Origin: Planctomycetota bacterium
Lineage (GTDB): Bacteria > Planctomycetota > B15-G4
DNA: 64,000 nucleotides
NCBI GenBank assembly: GCA_965248575.1
Contig: CBDFJQ010000002.1
Location: 1,856,001 to 1,920,000 of the forward strand
Direction of reading: 5' to 3'
In this document: piece by piece, positions 41,101 to 47,005 of the stretch
How the letters are laid out: every line of letters starts with the position of its first letter
Numbering within the stretch: position 1 is the stretch's first letter
Notes under the pieces: generated by a model
Database searches by the model: none
The model's input: only the letters and a program-made list of their open reading frames with translations
What the model was told of the DNA's origin: nothing
Program-made: the position numbers and the translations under genes

Positions 41101-42171
41101 CAGCTCGTCTTGTGCGGCCGCAGTGCACCATCCGAGACGGCGCGCGCCGCCATCAGCGAACTCGAGTCGGAGGGCGCAGAGGTCAACACCGTGGCGCTCG
41201 ACATCACCGACAAGGAAGCCACTGAGCGCGTCCTCAGTGAACTCAGTCCGCGCCTTGCTGGCATCGTCCATGCGGCCGGTGTGCTGGACGACGGCATGTT
41301 GGCGAACCAGGATTGGAGCCGCTTCCAGACGGTCTTCGCCCCCAAGCTGACCGGCGCCTGGAACCTGCACACTCTCACCTCGACCCAGCACCTGGACTTC
41401 TTCGTCTGCTTCAGCTCCATGGCCTCCATGCTGGGCAACCCCGGCCAAGGAAACTACGCCGCCGCCAACGCGATGCTGGACTCACTCGCGTCCTATCGGC
41501 GCAGCCTCGGGCTGGCTGGCACGAGCATCAACTGGGGCCCTTGGGCCGGCGGGGGCATGGCCGCGGACATCGAAGCGAAGGCCGAGGCGCGCATGTTCGA
41601 AATGGGCGTCACCCCCATCCCGCCGGAACAGGGCGCTGACTTCCTGGAGCGGGTCCTGGCCGGAGACCACGACGCCCAGATTGGTGCGCTGCCCGTGACC
41701 TGGTCGCGCTTCCTCGCGAGACATCGCGGGGAGCCCCCTCCCTTCTACAAGTCCCTGGATGGCGGCGTACGCGCGGATGCGGAAGCGGCCGGGGGTGAGA
41801 TCCTCGAGCAGTTGCAAGGCGCCGACCAGGGCTTGGCGATCGAATTGCTGACCCCCTTCGTGGCCGGACAGCTCGCGGGCGTCATGGGCTTTGCGGACCA
41901 CACCCAGGTGGACGTGGATCAGGAGTTCACGGACATGGGCATCGACTCGCTGCTCGCGGTGGACCTGCGCAATCGCCTCGAATCCAGCCTGGCCATCTCC
42001 CTCCCCGCAACGCTCGTCTTCGATCACCCACACCTCGCGTCCCTGATCGAACACCTGGCCATGCAGTTCTCGCAGGGCAGCAGTGACGACGAGACCGAGC
42101 TGCTAGCCGAGATCAGCCAGCTCTCCGACGAGGAGGCCGAACGCCTTTTGGCTTCGGAAGACGACCCGTGA
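35182..42171 (+). CDS. Type I modular PKS, ACP-KS-AT-DH-ER-KR-ACP (no TE)
   Basis: ACP0 GFDSL; KS DTACSSS/HGTGT/NIGH; AT GHSVG and HAFHS (malonyl type); DH H..F...LVP and LLDGCFQ; ER LIHAAAGGVG; KR GGLGALG, VLDD, YAAAN; ACP GIDSL. Confidence 0.97.
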   Translation: MVSAENSSASSSDDAFLSRLHNAPASETRRLLLEYTCTLTGQFLKLDPGEQIGPQDSFLDFGFDSLMAVDFKILLEVRLACALRSTALFDCPTPDALVDYLFTELRLAPESTSNDDPGAPQVARFELPDAETLAGLSAAELRELLARQEKALRSVEEAQHEPIAIVGLACRFPGGVNDPESFWALQRDGVDAIEEIPKSRWDIDRYYDPDHATPGKMYVRHGGFIDDIDTFDARFFGISPREATELDPNQRIMLELAYEAIERAGISPDELRGTPTGVFIGSRGAEYLIGQSDIEPEDIQTYYATGNALSTLAGRVSFALGFTGPSFALDTACSSSLVALHCAVKSLRQHESSAALVGGINTLLDPLGTISVCKASMLSEDGHCKTFDASADGYVRSEGCGVLVLKRLSDAQAAGDPILAVVRGIAINQDGASGGLTVPSGPMQEAVIRDALADGNVRPHDVSYVEAHGTGTSLGDPIEVGALDAVFGPGRPSDRPLLASSVKPNIGHLETAAGMAGLIKVVVAMQHECIPRHLHLTEPNPHIPWDKTVLKVPLESTPWPRAATPRLAGVSSFGFSGTNAHVVLQDAPPAVANTSAPAPSRPVQVLPLSANTEQALQDVVQRVRSLLTDAGQSGPESDGPALTNLCASMALGRAAFPFRRTFVADSLADLRRQLDSTAAESVGFSGRAPAHAPKVGFLFTGQGSQRAGMGRELYETEPFFRDALDSCEQRLSPELPAPLFDILWGERTDLLSRTDCTQPALFAIEYSLAQLLGHWGVRPTWVAGHSVGEYAAACIAGVLDLDQACTLIAARGRLMVEHTQTGSMLAVMASADVVRALVLDDSADGPGGTNTLALAAMNGEQATVLAGSHDAVERAASQLKQKNVRCTALDVSHAFHSPLMEPMLGPFEELAKSMEFKRPQVGFISNLDPGPADASLARSDYWVRHVRDPVRFLDGMRALERESCDILIELGPSPLLIGMAKRFLRDDSITWVPSLRPKQDEVRCLQNMLAELSTRGVPVNWRGVHHDNHGEATYERIEVPTYPFQRERFWLPPRTDSASRPIDRSAHPLLGTPVAVATMEPGQHLFESWLSAESPAWLSDHRAFETPLVPAAAFLEWALAAGSKLLGTQHLQIGDLSIPAALPLDSEARHVQLHLVPSTAEKRAEQESEDSLGSFHFRLLSRGEGDAAWTEHATGVLSGHASTTWEGQDAEGLDAIRSRCPESLDVPQFYAGYDAIGLGYGPAFSVIQSFAQQAGESLALLERPEGVPKLPGGVLHPVLLDGCFQTTRALSLQQGIDGMYLPTALERLSVHGILDTAAFCRTRMRPLSEAGGSSSKQGSGPRLLVMDLSLFAPDGELVASVEGLQLVRAQRGALLAGQDPFRALAHTIRWDTGELGSADAAAATPVQGSWLVLEHGSGAGQPLIKALQQQGVRTLSISLDEIPADDSRAWEQLLETLPEDCAGIVHGFSLSEPTQPGDPQRLREVCGTALELVRALAKRETPTPPRLFLLTRGAVAGDMHAEVTDPDAATLWGLGTTLELEHPEWRTTRIDLDPATPERSPDTSEEEAVALARELLGGFPHTQVAFRASARRLPFLQKRPTRARGLQPPDAPSWALRVSEYGVLENLELVPQPRPAPGAGELEIEVSAAALNFKDVLFALGMLAEHTGIRHAPDQALGLECAGIVTRVGPDVTRFQVGDEVVSAVLGSMSSHVVAPVHGVLLKPEMLTAAQAASLQTIFLTALYSLEHRAQIQAGESVLIHAAAGGVGQAAVQIAQRAGAKIFATASPGKWPALRAQGIEHVMNSRSVDFADQVLEATGGRGVDVVLNSLNGEAIPASLRATAPKGRFVDIGKIGVWSPEQVAEQRPDIRYATFDMAQVLEQDRDLHAQLLKDLASGFEQASLRAPPIKCFPLSEAVAAFGYLAQAKNIGKVVLSVPRSHAGSLRPDASYLITGGLGALGLVVARRLVQLGARQLVLCGRSAPSETARAAISELESEGAEVNTVALDITDKEATERVLSELSPRLAGIVHAAGVLDDGMLANQDWSRFQTVFAPKLTGAWNLHTLTSTQHLDFFVCFSSMASMLGNPGQGNYAAANAMLDSLASYRRSLGLAGTSINWGPWAGGGMAADIEAKAEARMFEMGVTPIPPEQGADFLERVLAGDHDAQIGALPVTWSRFLARHRGEPPPFYKSLDGGVRADAEAAGGEILEQLQGADQGLAIELLTPFVAGQLAGVMGFADHTQVDVDQEFTDMGIDSLLAVDLRNRLESSLAISLPATLVFDHPHLASLIEHLAMQFSQGSSDDETELLAEISQLSDEEAERLLASEDDP

Positions 42172-42184
42172 CCCAAACCTGCCC

Positions 42185-43810
42185 ATGACTCCAGCCAAGT
42201 CGATCTACCTGATCAACCCCGCCGCCGACTTTCCGACCTACTACGGCGCGGAGGTCTACGAGGGGCGCGGCTATCAGCGAGCCGCCTTCCTGGCTGATCT
42301 GGTGGTGCCCACCTTGGCCGGCATGGTTCCCAAGGACTTCCACGTCGAGCTGTGCGACGAGCACCTCGAATCCGTGAACTGGGACACGCCCTGCGAATAC
42401 GTGGGCGTGACGGGCAAGATCAGCCAGTGGGGACGCACCAAGGCCATCGCCGACGAGTTCCGGCGCCGAGGGAAGACGGTCCTGATCGGAGGGCCGCACG
42501 CATCCCTCTCGCCAGAAGTCGTGCGCCCCCACTGCGACATCCTGGTGCGCGACGAGATCGAGCTGATCACCGGTGAGCTGTTCTCCGACCTCGCCCACCG
42601 GGAGTGGAAGGAGGAGTACGTCGGCGGGCGGCCCGACCTGAAGCACACGCCCGTCCCGCGCTGGGATCTCTACGCGAAGTACAACAACAGGGTGCTCACG
42701 GCGACGCTGCAGACGGCGCGCGGCTGCCCCTTCGAGTGCGAGTTCTGTGACGTCATCCAGTACGTCGGGCGGAAGCAGCGGCACAAGCCCATCGAGGCCA
42801 TCGTCCACGAACTGCAAGTCGTCCATGACCACGGCTATCGCAGCGTGCTCCTGGCCGACGACAACACCACGGCCAACAAGAGCTGGGTGAAGGAGATGCT
42901 TGCGGCGGTCAAGCATTGGAACCACGCCGACGGCCAGCGGAAGATCTCCTTCAGCACGCAGATCTCCATTGATGCCGCCATGGACGACGAGCTGCTCGAA
43001 CTCGCCGCCACGTCCGGCATGACGCATGTGTTCATCGGCGTGGAGACACCCAACGCGGAGAGTCTGGAGATCACCCAGAAGCGGCAGAACCTGCCGCAGC
43101 ACCTGCGCAACCCCCATCAGAAGAACCCCACGCTCGTCGACCAGGTCCACCGCTTCTACGCGCACGGCATCGGCGTCACGGCCGGGATGATCTGTGGCTT
43201 CGACGCCGACCGGACCGACATCTTCGAGCGTCAGTTCGAGTTCGCCATGCAGGCCCTGTTCCCCGTGGCGACGCTGTCCGCGCTCGCTGCGCCGTATGCC
43301 ACGCCGCTCAACGACCGCCTGGCAGAGAGCGGCCGCCTCGTGACGGGCTACGAGGTTCCGGGCCACCCCTGGAACAGCAACATCATCCCCAAGCTCATGA
43401 GCCGCGACGAACTGACGGACGGCATCCGCTGGCTCGCCAACAAGCTCTATCACCCGGCCAACTTCGGTGAGCGCATCATCGGCTACATCGAGAAGCTGCA
43501 GTTTCCGACGGAAAACTCGGGGCGGGGTCTCGCCAAACGCGAGTCCATCCGCAGTGTCGACAAGGACACGCTGGCGCTGATCGCTGACATCCCCCGTCTC
43601 GACGCCGAATCCCAGAAGATGTGGAGCCGCGTCATCGCGGCCCTGCCCAAGAACCCGGGTGCCACCGTGCCGGTCATGGAAGCCATGATCCGCTACCAGC
43701 AGCTGCGCTACATGTACGAGCAGGGCAGCTTCTGGGACCCCGTGACAAGCGAGACACAAGCATCCGGGAGTTTCCCCGCTGCAGGCGCCGGCACAGAAAC
43801 GAGCGTCTGA
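42185..43810 (+). CDS. Cobalamin-binding radical SAM protein (HpnP/DUF4070-like class B methyltransferase)
   Basis: B12 domain (VGVTG, GGPHAS); RGCPFECEFC; FIGVETP...SL....K.QN and GMICGFD.D. Starts 13 nt after the PKS stop. Confidence 0.9.
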   Translation: MTPAKSIYLINPAADFPTYYGAEVYEGRGYQRAAFLADLVVPTLAGMVPKDFHVELCDEHLESVNWDTPCEYVGVTGKISQWGRTKAIADEFRRRGKTVLIGGPHASLSPEVVRPHCDILVRDEIELITGELFSDLAHREWKEEYVGGRPDLKHTPVPRWDLYAKYNNRVLTATLQTARGCPFECEFCDVIQYVGRKQRHKPIEAIVHELQVVHDHGYRSVLLADDNTTANKSWVKEMLAAVKHWNHADGQRKISFSTQISIDAAMDDELLELAATSGMTHVFIGVETPNAESLEITQKRQNLPQHLRNPHQKNPTLVDQVHRFYAHGIGVTAGMICGFDADRTDIFERQFEFAMQALFPVATLSALAAPYATPLNDRLAESGRLVTGYEVPGHPWNSNIIPKLMSRDELTDGIRWLANKLYHPANFGERIIGYIEKLQFPTENSGRGLAKRESIRSVDKDTLALIADIPRLDAESQKMWSRVIAALPKNPGATVPVMEAMIRYQQLRYMYEQGSFWDPVTSETQASGSFPAAGAGTETSV

Positions 43811-44003
43811 GTCGCCCTCCGGTATATGTCCTCAGCGGCATATCCCGTCCAGTTGGCGTCCAGTTGCCGTCGAGGGTCCTTCCAGGCAGCCCGTCACACC
43901 TGCGACATCATTACGCAGCCGAGATTCGATGTCACCTCGGGGCCCCCTCGCCCTACGTCTGCCAAATCGTCTTTGCACTTGCCCGGTGCGAGGCGTGGGC
44001 CAC

Positions 44004-44167
44004 GCAGGAAGAGTGGAAGACCTCCTCCCCTGCTCCTAGTGCGAGGCCTGTTCCGAAGGACGATGGACGCCGTCCCTTGGAACTGCCGCGGAGCACGCCC
44101 CTGCATTCGCTCCGACGGCGCTTCGCCCGGGTCGGCCGGAGACCGACCTGGGCGAAGCTTTTTTTTT
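44004..44167 (+). ncRNA. Candidate structured RNA or leader ending at the terminator (family unassigned)
   Basis: Nested complementary segments TGCTCC 44031-36/GGAGCA 44090-95, GTTCC 44050-54/GGAAC 44079-83 and GGACG 44058-62/CGTCC 44071-75 within a ~470-nt intergenic gap. Confidence 0.3.
44120..44167 (+). terminator. Strong intrinsic terminator
   Basis: 16-bp stem GCTTCGCCCGGGTCGG / CCGACCTGGGCGAAGC (one G-U pair), 7-nt loop, followed by 9 T. Confidence 0.85.
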
Positions 44168-44278
44168 GCGAAGCTCGGCGCTGCTCAGGAACATCCGATG
44201 CCCACGATGGAGTGGATCCGATTCCTGAAACCGGGAATATGAATCCCTCACCCCCCCCCCCACGGAGAGCCTGCTCCC

Positions 44279-45499
44279 ATGCGCCCGTCAGCCCGCCTGC
44301 GCTCGTCCCGTCCGAAACGGTGGGCGCGCACTCTGCGCCGCGCCACGCTGGCCGGTGTGGCCTGCCTCACGCTTGGGGCCAACCTCGCTGCCCAAGCCGA
44401 CGGCTCCGACTTGCCCGGTTACTACCAGTGGTACCTGAAGGCCGGCCATGACCCTCGCCTCGCCAAAGAGAGCGCTCGCGACCAGGCCATGCAGGAGGGC
44501 TCGGACTGGGACCCCAAGAGCATTGGGCGCCTCGCCCCCGACTGGTCGTTCCCCGATGCGAAGGGGCAACTCGTCCCGCTGCGGGTGGGCGGAGAGGGCC
44601 GCAACACCCTCGTCGTCACCTTCCAATCCTGGTGGTGACTGTATTGCATGCGGCAGCTCGTTGAGCTGCACGACCTACTCGATGTGTTCGAAGACCTCAA
44701 CACGGACATCGTGGCGCTGGCCCAGAAGGAGACTGATCCCTCCACCATGGCTCGCGTCAGCAAGCTGGTGGGCGATGGCATCACGGTGCTGACCGACGTC
44801 GAGGGCCTCAGCACGCCGACCTTTCCGCTTTTCGTCAGCATGATCATTGATCGCGAGGGCACGCTGCGCACGGCCATCCCGGGCACCAAGGAAGCACGTG
44901 CGCGGACTGACGTGATTCTGGCCGAGGTGGCGAGCGTTGCAGGCGTCGACGCTCCTGACATCGCCTACGCCCAGGGCCGCATGGTGCGTGCGACGGGCCA
45001 GGGCACCGCTGCGGATGTCGACTTGGATGCGGTGGTCCAACTCCGCACCGCTTGGTCCCACGACGCCTTCCAGGCAGGGCAACCCACGCGGCTCATCGCC
45101 CTGCCGGAGATTGCCGAACAATGGCATGTCTATGCTGAGAACGGTGCGGAGATGACCCCCTTCTCCATGGAAATGGATCTGCCTGACGGGCTCAGCATCG
45201 CCGCGGGTTCGGCAGCCTCCGCGGGCATCCCCTACCCCACTCCCCAGCGAGGGCTGGACCCTCTGCTCGACGAAGAGCTTGCCTGGTACGAGCGGGACAT
45301 CCCGATCCCGGCCTTCACCCTACAGACCAGTGCCGAGCTCAAGGTCGGCAGCGAACTCACAGTGGGCATCGTGCTGCGCTACCAAGCCTGCAACGAGATG
45401 TTGTGCACGCCACCACAAACCAAGCGCTGGGAAGTCACGCTGCCCGTCGTGGGCGCGGAAACACGCCGCGGGCAACTCTACGGCTGGCAGGACTGGTAG
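44279..45499 (+). CDS. Probable selenoprotein: exported AhpC/TSA-type redoxin (UxxC) fused to a DsbD N-terminal-like domain; Sec at TGA 44636-44638
   Basis: ORFs 44279-44638 and 44648-45499 share a frame. Read-through gives IGRLAPDWSFPD..G...LVVTFQSWW-U-LY-C-MRQL, then IIDREG, WHVY and YQACNEMLCTPP. Confidence 0.88.
44651..44672 (+). promoter_or_regulatory. Putative bacterial SECIS hairpin
   Basis: GCAGCTC-GTT-GAGCTGC (44653-44669), a perfect 7-bp stem. The loop starts with G, 21 nt after the in-frame TGA. Confidence 0.7.
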
Positions 45500-45526
45500 T
45501 CCCGCAACTCCCTGGTAGTCGTCGTC

Positions 45527-46147
45527 CTAGTAGTCGTCGTCCATGGGGTCGAAGGTGAACAAGCCCACGACGAAGTCGACGATCTCGAAGGGGTCCACGC
45601 CGACGTCCACGCCGATCAAGCCCAGGTGGAAGCCAGCGCCGCATTCCGTCATGCCGTAGTCGGGGCTCATGCCCGCCTCGAGCGTGATGTCCGCCACGCT
45701 CACTTCAGCACCCGACTTCGACTCCAGACCCACGGGCAAGCGCGGGAAGGAGCGGCCGCGGGGGCCGGGAAGCCCGATGTAGAGCGAGGTGTAGAAGCCG
45801 ATGAAGACGTCCGCGTACTCCGTTGCGCGGGCACCGATGGCGAAGCCAGGGCCCAGTCGGACCCTGGCGCGCACCATGTCGAAGACGTCGAGCACCCGGT
45901 TCGGGATGTACATGACGAGCCCCCACACGAAACCCACCGGTCCCATGCCGTCCTCATCGTCCTCGTCGTCGTCATTCCAGCTGCTCAAGCTCGTGGCTGG
46001 CGAGCCTCCCAAGGCAGTGGCCGCCCACGACCCCGAAAAGACCGGAGCCTCTTTCCACAAACCCGCGGGATCCAGGTCGACCACGGTTGGCGTGGCGCAG
46101 CCGGCGAGCAAGAGGATCGGCGCGAGCAGCGCAGTGAGTCTCAACAT
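45527..46147 (-). CDS. Hypothetical lipoprotein
   Basis: Lipobox LLAGC; Y.PNR.LD.FD...GPG....RAT motif; C-terminal EIVDF..G.....DDY. Confidence 0.8.
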   Translation of the reverse strand: MLRLTALLAPILLLAGCATPTVVDLDPAGLWKEAPVFSGSWAATALGGSPATSLSSWNDDDEDDEDGMGPVGFVWGLVMYIPNRVLDVFDMVRARVRLGPGFAIGARATEYADVFIGFYTSLYIGLPGPRGRSFPRLPVGLESKSGAEVSVADITLEAGMSPDYGMTECGAGFHLGLIGVDVGVDPFEIVDFVVGLFTFDPMDDDY

Positions 46148-46313
46148 GACGGTCTCCAAACGACTGGGTGGGATCCAAAGCTGAGGAGGCCAGGGTACTG
46201 GGCTGGCTCCAGCAGGGCCGTACCCAGGGCCGTACTGGCCTCAAAGCACACCGCCCCCGGACCCGTGGTGGGGCCGAGGGCGGCGCAGGGAACAGCTTGC
46301 AACATGCGCAGAT

Positions 46314-46796
46314 CTAGCGAACAGCCAGATCGCGCAGCAACACCTGCCCGTCGGCAGTACTCATGGCTGTAGCGAGCACGTCGCCATTTAGATCCACGAG
46401 CGACATCGTGCCGCCATCCTGGGTCAGCGTCAGGTCTTCCAGCACGCTGCCGTTTTCCGTCACGGTGAGGTGGATGGTGTTGGCCGCCACCTTCTCCATG
46501 GTCAAGGTCTTGCCGTCCTTCTCGATCACTTGCGCAGTGGGCGCCGGCACCGGGTTTTCGCCACCCCAGAACTCGATCGAGTTGAACACCAGCGAATCGG
46601 CGAAGGCGGCCAGGGCATAAGCAATGCCGCCAAAGAAGTAGATGCCTTCCTGGATCCACTCGTTGTCGCTCACGGTGCCGTTCCAGTGGTGCACCTGACG
46701 CGTGAGGTTGAACGGGCCGTAGCAACCGCTCGCGAACATGGACAGGCAAAGGACGGCAGTGATGCCACGGGTCTTGAGTGAATGGCGTTGGGACAT
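46314..46796 (-). CDS. DUF3332-family lipoprotein
   Basis: SGCYGPF.LT.....WN and ADSLVFNSIEFW.GENP signature. Confidence 0.85.
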   Translation of the reverse strand: MSQRHSLKTRGITAVLCLSMFASGCYGPFNLTRQVHHWNGTVSDNEWIQEGIYFFGGIAYALAAFADSLVFNSIEFWGGENPVPAPTAQVIEKDGKTLTMEKVAANTIHLTVTENGSVLEDLTLTQDGGTMSLVDLNGDVLATAMSTADGQVLLRDLAVR

Positions 46797-47005
46797 GGAA
46801 TGTCTCCGGATGACCAGACATGGAGTTTGTCGCGGAGAGAGCGTCGCCGAACCCATGTCGTCTTCGGCGCCGCCCTTTGCTGCGAGCCGAGGCGCGCGGG
46901 CAATCATCGAAGACTAGCAATGGGTTTTGCCGGATTCAGTCCTCAGGTCCGGCCCAAGCGCTGTTTTTGATATGGACGTGCCGCCATAGGTCACGCGAAG
47001 CGCCG

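Noticed and set aside
43980..44120. tRNA-Sec next to the selenoprotein gene (GGAAGA start resembles selC)
   Set aside because: No TCA anticodon loop, T-arm GTTCGA or acceptor stem with CCA could be built.
44251..44261. Poly-C tract (also near 18650) as a phase-variation site
   Set aside because: Intergenic, with no evidence of length variation from a single sequence.
44279..45499. Two separate genes or a nonsense pseudogene
   Set aside because: The TGA occupies the catalytic Cys position of a CxxC motif and is followed by a SECIS-like hairpin, so Sec recoding explains it better.
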